The position numbers and the translations under genes were made by a program. This document shows positions 48,490-60,738 of a stretch of DNA of 64,000 nucleotides, one piece after another. The notes under the pieces were generated by a model that saw nothing but the letters and a program-made list of their open reading frames with translations, searched no databases and had not been told where the DNA came from. The stretch is from NCBI RefSeq assembly GCF_006345805.1, contig NW_021829832.1, positions 744,001-808,000 of the forward strand, read 5' to 3'. The DNA is from Octopus sinensis. Lineage: Eukaryota. Every line of letters starts with the position of its first letter. The stretch's first letter is position 1.

Positions 48490-49690
48490 AAATCTTATTG
48501 CATCTCTTTGTGAAAAACTTTTTGTCATTGATCCTCATCCTTCATTCTACATCCTCAAGAACTATCTTTTGATCCCAAAAATTGTTTATATCCTGAGGAG
48601 CTCACCTTGTTTTTATGCCACCCAAGTGCTGGAATCTTATGATTCCTTGGTTCGGAGGTCTGCGGAGAAAATTCTCAATGTGCATTTCGACGATATTGCC
48701 TGGTGTCAGGCTAAACTTCCTGTGAGTCACGGGGGTCTGGGCCTCCGTTCCTGATTTGGCTTTCCTGCCTTTCTTTCTTCGGCGTCTGGATCATTTCTTG
48801 TCCAAAAGATTCTGGAAAAAACTACTGAATCATCGTTGGACTCTGATATTGATTCGGCCCTCGCTCTTTGGAAACGCAATTTCTCTGAAGTCCCTTCCGA
48901 TGTCTTTTCTCAGCGAGACTGGGACAAAATTCTTTGCCGTCGATCTTCAACTGACTTGGAACCACTCCTCGACCAACAAAGACTGGCTTGTTTCCTTTCC
49001 GCCTGTCAGCCATACTCAGGCTCCTGGCTGAATGTACTCCCTTCTCCGCTTTTGGATACTGTCCTCGATAGGGATTCACTCCGTTTGGGTATCTGTAATC
49101 GCCTTGGACTTCCTGTCTTTAGACCTCACCCCTTCGTTGTGGGAATAAAGTTGACGCCTTTGGGCTACATCCTCTGTCTTGTCGAATGAGCGCCGGTCGA
49201 TTTCCTCGGCACACCGAAATCAACAATCTAATTCACAATGTTCTGGAAAGAGCTGGTTTCCCTTCTATTCTGGAACCGACGGGCCTTGTTTTTGAAGATG
49301 CAAAACGTCCAGACGGCTGTACGCTTTTCGCTTTTAAATCCGGGAAGCAGCTCGTTTGGAACGACACCTGTACCGACTCTTTTGCCAAGGGTGCCTTAAA
49401 TGCTATGGCTTGTCGACCCGGTTCGTCGGCCGAGAAGGCCGAATTCGCAAAACTAACGAAATATGAGGATTTACTCGATCGATTTTGCTTTTGGGCAATT
49501 GCCATCGAAACTTCCTGTGTTTTTGGGACCAAGACGCTTACTCATCTCAAGAAACTTGTCCGCCTGTGCATCCACCGCTCCAGAGATCCGAGGGAATTTA
49601 TATTCCTTATTAAGAGGATCTCGCTGGCTGTTTTACGCGGGAATTGTCTTTCAATCCTGCGAGCCAGTACATAATAGCTAGATTTTTTTT
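48490..49690 (+). mobile_element. Longest CRE copy in the window (post-RT region to RLE), 5'-truncated
   Basis: PKIVYILRSSPC..WCQAKLPVSHGGLGLRS, SGSWLNVLPS, RHTEINNL, KRPDG, RISLAVLRGN; frameshifts; start approximate. Confidence 0.92.
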
Positions 49691-50219
49691 TGACGAAAAA
49701 AAATACATATCTGTTTTGACTATCATTACAGTACGACCTCTGTTTGAAGCAGACCTCAAAGGTGCTCCCCAGCTGTTATTGGAAGCACCCCCAGTTTATG
49801 GGCAGCTTTTGAAAACATTCGATTTTTCATTATATTATTTATTTTTAACAACCCCGGATTAAGATACATATTTGGTTAAATATTTTATATCATCGAAAAA
49901 AGGAATCACGCAATCCAAATAATCAATCTTGTACACAATATAAATCATCTACACTTTAAATCGATTAGTTTTTGAAACTTTTTTACGGTTGGGAGATAAT
50001 ATCTTCAAATTTTTGGAACCATATTGAAACTTATCGCAAAAACATTTCTACAAAAATAACTTATGAGGCAGTTTCGCATAGAGAGCCCCATTTCTAATAA
50101 TTTTTCATTAAGGAAAGATTATTTATTTATCTTAATAAAAAACCAAAGATAAGAAAATCCCAAGCTGTAATTACCATCTTTCAATCCTGCATAGAGCTAC
50201 TTCCGGATGATTGACATTT

Positions 50220-50760
50220 TTCCGTATACAATTTTTGATATCTCCGATAAATTTTCATCCGTGAGTCGTTTTCTATCAACAGTTTTTAATTTCATTAATG
50301 AAAAAAATGGCTACACATATACATCGAACCAAACATAGCAATTATTTTGGTAGCAAAATTTATAAAGTTTTAAAAGAAAGTATTCCAACCTCAAAATAGT
50401 TCGTCTTTAGTATAAAATCCGATTGAATCTCTAAACATTTCATTTGTAAACATGTATCTGCATTAGAAGAATCCAAAGCGAATGATGCTGTGAATAATGA
50501 AAATTCCTGTTCAAACGAGGAGAAATCGTTGAATCTTTCCTAAAATTGCTTTAACAAATCTATTTTTCTTTCATACTTGGAAAAATTTATTACAGTATGT
50601 GCTCCAACAGTACTCTTCAGCTTTTTACAAGTAGGGAAATTTTTCCATTTCGATAAGCTGATTGATTTTACCCTTATATTCATTAAAATTGTCGTCGAGG
50701 CATCGAAATGATGCCAAAGACAACGATAATTAATTGCTGGCAGAAAATTAACAAAAACAG
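50220..50760 (-). mobile_element. hAT (GTF2IRD2/SPIN-like) transposase C-terminal fragment
   Basis: FPTC, RFNDFSSFE, LQM, IIAMFGSMYMC, RLTDENL. Confidence 0.7.
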
Positions 50761-50889
50761 ATCAAAAATTTCAAACAAACCTATCAGAAGTGGAAAAAAC
50801 CAATTTTATTAATATCATGTCATGCAACCATGCAATGCGAGCAACCAAACGCGTTTTAATCAATATCACGATAGTAGCGCAACAGGCCA

Positions 50890-51210
50890 CGCATTCATCA
50901 GTATCGTGGGGTGACGTTCGGCTCTTGACAAGATCATTCTTGAGGTCCTCGGAAAAGCTGGGTATCCTTCTGTCCTCGAACCAATTGGTCTCGACCGTGG
51001 TGATGGAAAAAGGCCTATTGGCTTTACGTTGTTCGCTTTTGACACTAGTAAACCATTAGTTTGGGATACCAAGTGTGTTGATACCTTCTCAAATCGGCCA
51101 TCAACGAATCCGTCTCTCTGCCAGGGTCTCGTGCTAATAGGGCTTGTGTGTGTTGGTCGGAAGCAAGCTAGTCTGTGCTGGTCCGAGAGACGCTCCAGCA
51201 TGTCAACATA
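50890..51210. mobile_element. Scrambled CRE relic (two pieces in opposite orientation)
   Basis: Plus: KAGYPSVLEPIGLDRGDGKRP..KPLVWDTKCVDTFS; minus: ERLSDQHRLACF. Confidence 0.65.
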
Positions 51211-51461
51211 ATTTTCAGAAAGTGTGTTGCCTCAAAAGTCCAAGACATAGATAAGCTGAGGACCTTTCTTTGGGTCGTCGGGATCACCTAATTAATTTAT
51301 TCAATTAACTGTTGGTGATTTTGGGTTAAATAAAAAACGACCAATTATTGTTATAAATGCGATAAAAATGTATGGAGGATACAATAAAAACAAATAAATA
51401 TATACTCTCGCTTTTTGGAGCGCTATGATAAAAATAATCCCCAAACAGAGGTCGTACTGTA

Positions 51462-51975
51462 CTACACAACTGAGATATCTTGTTTCCAACAGTAAAGGAT
51501 AAGTATCTTCTTTAAATAGTCTTGTTTATAAAAAGATGCCTCATTTTCGAAAGCTTAGTGTTAGCTTCGAGGAAAGCATGACTGACTTTCAAAACCCACG
51601 GCACATTTTTGACTGTAATTCATCAAAAAAGTTTGATTTGTACAAATTGATTCGTAAATCTTAAATAAAGAAAATCAGATGTTGTGCATCAACAAAATAT
51701 TTTTCATAGCATAAATGATTCGTCTAGCTGCTATTAAATATATTAATGTTTTCTCTTTTTGAAACTTTTTATCGAAATACAGATCCTGATAATTCGTGAT
51801 TAGAAATTATTGATGAACATCTTGAGAATCTTGTTGAGAAATTTGAAAATTATTTTCCTGAACAAAATTCTGTTCCTGATTGGATTGTAATTATAAATCT
51901 TTATCGATACTAGAGGTCCCTGAATTTTTTAAAGCACTTTGGAGGTCCCCATTAAAAAAGGTTGAAAAACGTTCG
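51462..51975 (+). mobile_element. Degenerate hAT (Buster/Charlie) fragment
   Basis: FENYFPE..DWI and a degenerate right end AAAAAGGTTGAAAAAC. Confidence 0.5.
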
Positions 51976-52009
51976 TCTAGCATTACTAAAAATGCATTAG
52001 GGAAGCTGA

Positions 52010-52450
52010 TTTAAACCATCAGGTCTTGTTGTTGCGTAATCCCGATTTGGTTTGATCAATGGAATGATACGTGATTTCTTCTAAAAGGATGGTATTTCAT
52101 TTTTTTGCAACAGAATTGTTGAAAATAGAGACTATTGCATTGATAGAATTAGTACCAAATCTGATGAGATAATAGATTTTCAGGACCAGTTCAAGGGGAC
52201 TTTTTAGAGTTTTTAATGCATTGCGAGACTTCATCTGCAGTGAAAGTCGGTGTAGAATTTTTGAAGGGAAGTCGTCTAAGAGATTTGGCGACTTTCCGAT
52301 CATTTTTGTTAGATGCTTTGTGACTTAATGAAGTATAATATTTCATTATCGTTTTAGATGAGTTGAGTGGCGTATTTGAGTGAGGACGAGGAATAACAGA
52401 CTCAGGTGATTTTGACTTTTCGAATATCTGTTCATTCATTCCCTCGAGCG
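52010..52450 (-). mobile_element. APE-type LINE fragment (EN-RT linker)
   Basis: FTADEVSQCIKNSK..TGP..IFNNSV..FWKKSRIIP. Confidence 0.7.
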
Positions 52451-52688
52451 TTGACCAAATTTTCGAAAAAAGGTCCTTGGGAGCAACGGCTTGGCGCCTG
52501 CTCTGCTGCAAACGACCTCTCGGAAGGGATCCGATCCGATAGGAAGGAAGTTGTGGGTCTATTCGTAGTTGTGAAATTATTTTATTCAAAATAAACCTTA
52601 AATATAGTTTTTTTTTACTTTTTTATTTTTCATTGATAATTGTTCATTGATTAGTTATTATGTTTTAAATATTGAAATAAATAAATTA

Positions 52689-53304
52689 ATGGGTTGTTGT
52701 GGTGTGTAATTTTAAAGGCTCGTTTTTGAGTATTTTTTCGGGATTATTTGGAAAAAAGGAATATCGAGTATTGATTCTTGGGTTAGATGGAGCTGGCAAG
52801 ACCACAATCTTGTACCGTCTACAAGCAGGACAAGTAGTTCAGACTATTCCAAGTATTTCCTCTAATTAATACTTCCAGCAATCGGATTCAACGTGGAGAC
52901 CCTCCAATACAACAACGTCAAACTTCAGGTGTGGGATCTGGGAGGTCAGACCAGCATTCGTCCTTACTGGCGATGTTACTACGACAAGACCACAGCAATC
53001 GTGTTTGTTGTGGACAGCAGCGACAAAGAGAGAATTCCGATTGCCAAAAACGAACTAAAATTAATGTTGGAGGAAGAGGAACTGAAGGATGCCGTGTTGG
53101 TGGTGTTGGCCAATAAGCAAGACCTCCCCCACTCCACGGGAGTCACTGATTTAGCCAATGGATTGGCCCTCTCCGCTATTCGGAATCGTACATATCAGAT
53201 TTTCCGCACCTCCGCGATAACGGGGGACGGAATTAACGCGGCCTTTGAATGGTTGGTTCCTTTTGCTTATTTTTAGGTTGGTTGACTCGATTCAGTATCA
53301 CTGA
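52689..53304 (+). CDS. ARL1: ADP-ribosylation factor-like 1
   Basis: [44 protein letters not shown]; 25-nt intron after ATG-G plus two more micro-introns. Confidence 0.95.
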
Positions 53305-53559
53305 TATATTTTTACTTATTCACGAGTTATATTATGTCCATTAATGGGAATTTAGACTTAGTTATTTACAATTACAGTTGACGAGTAGGTAGACTTGATC
53401 ATTCGAGGCTATGTTTGAGTACTGAGGGGAGCTTGAGCGTATTTTATTTGAAAATGAAACTTATTATTTTCACTATCAGGGAACATAAGGGAAAGAAAAA
53501 CTAATTAAGTTCCCAAATATGCTACACATGAAACTGCTGTGTTGATCGTATTTTTCCAG

Positions 53560-53890
53560 AATGTACGGTCTGTTTTATACTCCTGAAAGTATCAAAACCG
53601 TTTCTATTTTTCATGTCCTTTAATGCGCTGAAGATCTATTACAGTAAGTAGTGTTGGACGTTTTCGGGACGCGGATTTGTCGTCTTTTTAATGATTTCAT
53701 TGCCCAGTTATAAGCATCTGGGTCAAGTCTTAGTATGTGCCCTAATAGCCGCAAACGAACTTCGGTTATGTCCATAGTGATGGGTCTACTGTACAGATAT
53801 GGTATAGAGTGGAGTTCTTGATTTTTTCGCCCAGTTGATGTCTATAAGTCTTAACTGTCTTCGGTGGAACGCATCGAGGGACTTTAAAAC
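53560..53890 (-). mobile_element. RTE-like LINE 3' fragment
   Basis: LDAFHRRQLRLIDINW..IKNSTLY..GHILRL. Confidence 0.65.
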
Positions 53891-54002
53891 TTTATTGTTG
53901 AAAATATAAATGTAAACAGAAAAGTGAAGTTAGATTTATATCAGTTGTTTATATTTATTTGTGGAATAAAATTATTTGTAAATAAAAGTAGTTTCTATAG
54001 AA

Positions 54003-55643
54003 ATGTTTGACATTTCGAAGGCGTATGTTCGAGACCGAGAAAGAGACGATCAGAGAATTGCTTCTGCTAAAATCCTGGAAAAAGTTCAAGCCGAACAGGA
54101 CTTTATAAAGCGGGAAGACGTGCTTGATAGAAAAAGAATTTGGAAACTAAGACAATTGGAGGAGCAGGAGAGAGAACTAGTCGAGTCTCTTCAAAGAGTA
54201 TTTACACAATATACAATTCAGAAAAAACATATTCAGGAAACCAACAGAAAAATAACCCAAGAAAACGAGCGAATTGCCAAAGAACTGCGAGACAAAAAAG
54301 ACGTGGAAACAAAAGACCAGGCAATCAGGAAGAAGATCAGAGAGTCGAGGTATTTTAGTTTAGTCAACGTAGCGAGGAGATCCGTCATTTGGAGGCCAAG
54401 TTAAGGGCAGCCTACGTTGCCAAATGTCAACGAGCACAAATCACGGAGCGAAGAGCACTGGACTACGACCAAATGGTTAATTTTTAATTTGTCGAAAATA
54501 GGTTCAAGAAAATGCTTATTTTAACTCTTTGGAACTCGAAAGGCAAAAAATCGAGGAAATTGAGAAACTCTCAGCCCAAGACTCGGCGATCAAAGTCAGG
54601 CAATACCAGGAGGAGCTCGACCGACAACTCGAGGTCCCCCCTTATCGGAACCTCACCAGGACAAACTGAAATTGCAAGAGGAGAAAAAAATTGAAAAACT
54701 CAAAGAACGGGAACAAATCGAGGACCAACTCAGAAAACAAAAACAGGAAGACGAAGAGTTTTTTTGGTCTTTTTTAATATTCTAAGATCTCGAGCCAAAG
54801 CCCAGCGCTACAAGGAAGAACTCAAAACAATAATTTCAGAGGACATGTCTTTGCGGGCAAAGGAAAGGGAGATCCGACAAAAGGAACTCGAGGAAGAAGA
54901 GAGAAGGATTGCCCTTGACGAACAGCTGATCCTATCGAGACAGGAAACTGTCCAGAAGGCCAAGGAAACTCGCAAGGCAGAGTTGGAGACCGTCCAGTCG
55001 CAGCTCGGAGAACTTATTCGACAAAAGGAAAAGGAGCGGATGGAATTGGACGAAATCCGGATGGAACTGAGTTTGGAGGAAGAGGAGACGAGAGCCTTCG
55101 AACACGAGCGGATTGAAGAGGAGCGACGAAGGAAGGCCAAGAGTGACCTCCAGGCTGACAAGATGAGACAATTCGAGGAACACCGACAACGGAAAATGGC
55201 TCGAGAGGCGGAAGACGAGGCCATAAAACAAGCCATGTTGGCTAAATTCGCGGAGGACGACAAACTGGAGCAACTCAGCAACCAACGACGCAGACAAAAA
55301 ATGATGGAACACCGCCGTGCCGCGGACGAGTTTGTCGAACAACGACGGAAACATTATTTGGAACTGCTGGTATTTCGCTGGCTGTCATTTCAAGGCCAAA
55401 GAAGAGGAAGATCTGATCAGAGAAAGGGAGGCTCAGCAGGCCTACGATTCGCTCGTCGAAGAAGAACGTTTGAAGATTCTGGAAAGTCACGCCCAGGGGT
55501 TGGTGGGGTACATGACAAAAGTAAAAATCCCGCCAAAGTAACCCCAGGGCGTCATTAAAACTGAGGAGGACCTGGAACGCCTTGGAGAGGAGGTGAAGGC
55601 TCACTACAAGCACATTCCGACCGCCTTTGAGTATCGGCCGTAA
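54003..55643 (+). CDS. MNS1: Meiosis-specific nuclear structural protein 1 (axonemal coiled coil)
   Basis: AMLAKFAEDD..KMMEHRRA..EEERLKILESHAQGLVGY..GVIKTEEDLERLGEE. Confidence 0.9.
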
Positions 55644-55674
55644 TATTAACGAATTTTCTTATTAAAACTCACAA

Positions 55675-55932
55675 TCAGAAACATGTCCTGTACACGAGAA
55701 ATGTGTAGTTTAAGATTCTGCAGTACATTCGATAGCTGAGAAGGAAAGTGTAGGCTGACGCGAAATCTGTCCCCATTATGCACTGCCAAATGCCTCCGTA
55801 CAGTTTATGTAGCTCGGCGGTGGCTTCGCGAGCGATATCCTCAAAAGTGTCCTTCCCTCTGATTGCTTGGCAGATTATTTTGACCGTGTTTTTCATTACA
55901 GTTTCGTCCATGTCGCAGAAAAATATTTCCAT
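55675..55932 (-). CDS. Dynein light chain, LC8/DNAL4 family (divergent, intronless)
   Basis: CDMDE..DIAREATAELHKLYGGIWQCIMGTDFASAYT. Confidence 0.8.
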   Translation of the reverse strand: MEIFFCDMDETVMKNTVKIICQAIRGKDTFEDIAREATAELHKLYGGIWQCIMGTDFASAYTFLLSYRMYCRILNYTFLVYRTCF

Positions 55933-56079
55933 TATGTAATTTGCTCGTTAAATTGTCTCTATTACCGAATGAAAATTTATTTGGTTTTAAAAATACTAAA
56001 ATTTATTATTTTTAATGACATTTTAAAATTTTATAAAAATTCTATATTTTGAAACTTTTTGTTTTGTGGTATTCCATCC

Positions 56080-57297
56080 ATGGAACTTGCTGAATTGAAA
56101 AATACTCTTGAAAAAAACAGACTACAGGTATATAAGTTAAAGAATCAATAAAAAGTTATCATTTCTGGTTTCTCTTCAAAAGTCTGGACTAGATTTGTCT
56201 CAAATGAGACAGGATACTGAGGAGACCATCGAGACCATAGAAAGTAGGCATTCTAAATGGTTCTATAAACAGAACAAATATCTGAAAAACAAGAATTAGA
56301 AAACCAGAAAGAATCAGCAGGTTCAATCTACATTGAGGACTCATCCGGACTCCCAATTAGAACAAATTGTGTCATTATGGAGAAATACGAACATTCTGTA
56401 CACTCAAACCTATAAATCTTAGTTGGTTGTTCTTATTTCTACTCCTTTGGACAAGCAAATGATGTCTTGTCCGCAATTTCTTGAAGACGGCTGTTCTCAG
56501 AAAGATTGTCCCTTCAGTCACGGACTCACCATCCCCAAGGATGAACTACTCCCAGTACTCCACTTCACATCCCAGTTACTTCTCGGGTCTTAATTTCTCA
56601 GGTCTCTTGCACCGGGCTTGCTGTGTCTTGTCAGGGATCAACGTGAGGATGGACTGTGGAAACTGGGGACGATTGAGGGTTTGGACGTGGATGGTCTCCA
56701 CTGTTCTGTTCGGGCTGGAATCCACACAGAAAGACGATTGGTGGAGGAGTTGTCCCCTGTGGAAGTCGAGGAGGAGGAAAAGAGAATCAAACCTGTCAGT
56801 TCTCCTCTGTTGGGATTCGGGGAGTGGGAGAGGTACACAAAGGTGGTGGAGGGGAGTTTACGGTGGTAGGGAATTGGATTCAAGTTGTTGAGGAAGATGG
56901 GGTATTGTCCAGGGGAAGGGCTGGGACTGACGGGAGGGGGACAAATTGAGCCTCTGACTGCCAATTATAAGCAATGGCGACAGAAAAAGGGACTTAATCT
57001 CGGTGTGGAAAAGACAAGGCAGAAAGGAAGGGAGAGCGACGACCTGCGATGAATGTGAAAAAGTCATTGAGTGTGAGGTCGGTAGAAAGTGGGGACAGGA
57101 TTGGGAGATTGGAGAAGGATATTTTGAAAGTGAAGATGTCGATGGAGAGGAACTCCTTCTGCCCGATTAGTGCTGCCAAGTTCGGGGAGAAGTACAAGGC
57201 TTTGATGGGTGAAATGGAGATTGAAATGAAGAAACAGAAACAATTAAGTGACCGTGTTGAATCGCAGAAATTGAAACAAAAAATGCTCAAATTTTAA
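56080..57297 (+). CDS. ZGPAT: CCCH zinc-finger and G-patch protein
   Basis: CPQFLEDGCSQKDCPFSHG, Tudor-like segment, WERYTK/GIGFKLLRKMGYCPGEGLG, KMLKF*. Confidence 0.85.
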
Positions 57298-57621
57298 TTG
57301 ACCTATTAATTTATTTTTTATATTTTGACATTCCTGAAAATTTAAATAGTTTTAGGTTTTAGAAACTATTTGGAAATGGTAAATCCCATATGCGGCACAA
57401 CAATGTATACTCGACAGAAATGAGTCATTAACAACTATTAGTTGATAAAAGGTATCCGTCATTCAAGGCCCGAAGATACTAGTGAGTGTTTTGTATATTT
57501 GAAGACGTGAGAAAATTATGTTTACCATCATACTGTTCCAAAAAAACATTATTATTTAATGTTCAAAAAAATTCGAATTTTATTTAAATTGGAATTAGTA
57601 TGAACATTTGTTGTGTTCAAA

Positions 57622-59170
57622 ATGGTTGATAGGCATCGTGAATTGTATCGAAAAATTGACAAGAACAAAGACGGAAAACTTTCAATCGCTGAGGTCAGAG
57701 CGGTCTTTCACGCATGCCCCGATGTGGCTCTGGAGCAGGTAATTAGACAACATTTATAATAAAAGCTGATTGGTGGAAATAAAGAGGGTACCATGGAAGT
57801 GACGTTTGATCAATTTTCCCATTTTTTAACGGCACAAGAAAACAAATTGTATTCCATTTTCAAAGAAATCGACAAAAATAAAGACGGTCCAGTTAATTGT
57901 TGTATTCAATTATAGATCAATTAAGTCTTAACGAACTTTTAAAATGCTTAATCGACGAGGGAATCCAAATCTCGTACAAAAAAGCGGAAAATTTAATAAA
58001 AAAGTGTTTTCCCCGCTAAATGATTAAAGAGCCGATAAAGATGGGAATATGACTTTGTCCTACGAGGAGTTTAGGGATTGCCTACTATTCGGACCTCTCA
58101 GTTCGAATATTGTCGATTTGGTCAATTACTGGCACCACCCAGTCATCATTGACACAGGAGACCACGAATCCATCGCCGAAGATTTTGACCAAGAAGATTT
58201 GGAGACCGGCATATGGTGGAGAAACCTTCTGGCCGGGGGGATTGCAGGGGCTGTGTCCCGTTCTTGTACTGCCCCTCTTGACAGGATTAAAGTTATTTTA
58301 CAGGTTGTGGTCGAGGAGAGACTTTTCTAGGTCTACGGAGGGTCAAAGAACATTCGATTTCTTTCGGGGCTTTCCTATTTGAGAAAAGAGGGAGGATTAT
58401 TGGCTCTCTGGAGAGGAAACGGGGTTAACGTAGCCAAGATTGTCCCCGAGTCCGCAATCAAATTTATGGCTTATGAACAGGTTTTTAAGCAGATTATTAA
58501 AAACAGATCAAAAAATTAATAAGGGACTACAAAGGCACTGAGGAACTCAGAATTTACGACAAGTTCATGGCAGGCTCAATGGCAGGTGCCACGTCCCAAA
58601 CAGTGATATATCCAATGGAGGTTAGGGAGGCTTATTTAAACTACCAGGTCATAAAGACACGGCTCTGTCTGGCCAAGACAGGGGAAGTCTCCACCATCTT
58701 CCAATGTGCCACGCAAATACTGCAGCGTGAGGGAGTTAGGTCTTTTTATCGGGGCTATGTCCCTAATCTGATTGGGATTATCCCCTATGCTGGGACTGAG
58801 TTGGCGTTGTACGAGACCTTTAAAGGATTTTTTGGCAAACACCTATGTGAGGGGTTTGAACAGCCCTCCGTTCCTATTTTATTGGGGTGTGGTGCGGCTA
58901 GTTCTGCTTGTGGGCAGTTCCTTACATATCCTTTAGCATTGGTCAAGACAAAGCTTCAGGCAAAGGGTATTTATTCTTTTGAAGTTGGAAGGGGCTTATG
59001 ATAAGTCGGGAATGTCCTCAATTTTTGCAGAAACTATACGTCGTGAGGGGTTCATTGGTCTCTATCGGGGACTGACTCCAAATTTTTTGAAAGTTATTCC
59101 GTCCGTTAGTCTAAGCTACATGCTCTATGAAAATATCAGAATGTCCTTGGGGTTGAATTCTGCTTCTTAA
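57622..59170 (+). CDS. Calcium-binding mitochondrial carrier (SCaMC, SLC25A23/24/25 group)
   Basis: EF hands DKNKDGK; [61 protein letters not shown]. Confidence 0.92.
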
Positions 59171-59328
59171 TTTCCCATATTTTAATAAATACATTGATTT
59201 TAATTATAAATTAATTATTTAAATTGGTGGACTAATCGCCCACTTGATTAAATTGAATTTTAAGATGAAGTAAATTTTACTAATTAAACAAAAAAATCAT
59301 TAATAGAGAAAAGAACCGGTTTATTTAA

Positions 59329-60738
59329 CTAAATGTTAATGGTTACAGGTTGCCTGTTTGCAGTCTTTTTAACAACTTTTGGAGCGGAAACATTGGGCAA
59401 AGCAACAGTCAATCTTCGTTTGAAAATATAGACTCCCAGAGACACGAAAAAAAGAATTAAAAGTGCAATCGTCACCATAGGGGTCCAGATGACTACTGTC
59501 CTACTTGGCCCTTCAGTATAATGTGCCGGCTTTGTTGAATGTGCGAAAACGGGGAGTATTTCTCGGCCAGCAATAATCTTAATGCAAGTATTGAGTGAAT
59601 TGAGAATGTCTGAGCTGACGTTATGGTCATAAGAGAATTTGATGCAGACATAATCATTGTCGGAAACTCGGGAGTTAGTCTCAATTACAGCGTCGTGGGA
59701 AGGAATGTCGAGGACTTGACTTTCAAAGACAAGCGTCGAATTTCTCGATATCAAAGTCTTGAACTTTAAATTCGATACAATTTTTTTCGAAAGAAAAATT
59801 CGATAAAAACTTTGAGATCCTGACTGAGAGAGATAGTGAAACTCGGTTTTAAAAAGATTGCTAGCACCAAGACACGTAGTCAACTGGTCGGTGGAACAGT
59901 CGGTCAACTGAGTTAGATTTATCGGGAGGACAAAATAATAACAGATGCAGGAAAGTCGACGACTGATCAAATGAATCACTTTTTGAATAGAAAAGGGATT
60001 TTTAGTTGAAATGTGATGTCCTGATGTTTTCAAAATTGTGTTATGTGGAATTTGTAATATTAATTTTTCCAGGTTTTCGAATTGGTTAAAAACTGTCAGG
60101 TCAATTTCAGCGATGGGGGCTCTTATTTCCACCATTTTTAACTTTGGTGCCATGTTCAAAGAACTGGGTAGACTGGAGGTTGAAACATGGTTTTCTACCC
60201 ACACGAATCGCTCAAGATTGTCATTGAAAGTGCGATTAAATTTGGAGATTCCACAATCCACAAGAGTCAGCCATTTTAAAGTTGGGGAATAAACGTCGAA
60301 TGTCGAGATATTTTGATTATACAAAGATAAGAGTTGAAGGTTTTGGAGATCTGAGATCTCTGATGGCAAAGACGTCAATGAATTGTTAAACAATTTGAGA
60401 GAACGGAGGGACTTGGAGATATCTTTGAATGTGTGGTCAATGTTGCAGATTATGAGGTCATTTATGCTCAATTCTTGGATTTGAGACCCAAAACGGTGTT
60501 TAGATAAATTGAGAATTGGATCAGAAATTACAAAAATAGAAAGTCCACTTTCCTGATAATTTTGTCCACTTGCGAGATGGTGGTAAAAAGCACCGGTGAT
60601 TTCGGAATTTCCATGCTCAATTACAGAACCGAATCCGTAGGAGAAAGCAAAAACCGTCAGGAGCGAGAGGAACATTACTGGCCAAGCGAAACGATGATAA
60701 TATAAGTGAATGGAATAAACGGTATTTATTTGCCTCAC
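59329..60738 (-). CDS. Single-pass membrane protein with leucine-rich repeats (intronless)
   Basis: 469-aa ORF; signal-like MFLSLLTVFAFSYG; LRSLKLFNNSLTSLPSEISDLQNLQLLSLYNQNI; TM IALLILFFVSLGVYIF followed by KRR. Confidence 0.75.
   Translation of the reverse strand: MRQINTVYSIHLYYHRFAWPVMFLSLLTVFAFSYGFGSVIEHGNSEITGAFYHHLASGQNYQESGLSIFVISDPILNLSKHRFGSQIQELSINDLIICNIDHTFKDISKSLRSLKLFNNSLTSLPSEISDLQNLQLLSLYNQNISTFDVYSPTLKWLTLVDCGISKFNRTFNDNLERFVWVENHVSTSSLPSSLNMAPKLKMVEIRAPIAEIDLTVFNQFENLEKLILQIPHNTILKTSGHHISTKNPFSIQKVIHLISRRLSCICYYFVLPINLTQLTDCSTDQLTTCLGASNLFKTEFHYLSQSGSQSFYRIFLSKKIVSNLKFKTLISRNSTLVFESQVLDIPSHDAVIETNSRVSDNDYVCIKFSYDHNVSSDILNSLNTCIKIIAGREILPVFAHSTKPAHYTEGPSRTVVIWTPMVTIALLILFFVSLGVYIFKRRLTVALPNVSAPKVVKKTANRQPVTINI

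Larger units (their letters stand above)
49729..51459. mobile_element. pogo/Tc1-mariner-superfamily element carrying nested relics
   Basis: 18-bp perfect TIR CAGTACGACCTCTGTTTG, TA at 49727-28 and 51460-61. Confidence 0.8.

Noticed and set aside
48377-49690. tRNA-headed SINE or tRNA-CRE chimera
   Set aside because: A T6 terminator and unrelated spacer separate tRNA and CRE, and no TSD encloses both; the same applies to tRNA-Sec
52702-52717. 16-nt intron in ARL1
   Set aside because: A 25-nt intron from the upstream GT gives the canonical MGSFLS start and fits the size distribution
54808-55613. Long minus-strand ORFs
   Set aside because: Antisense shadows of the low-complexity MNS1 coiled coil
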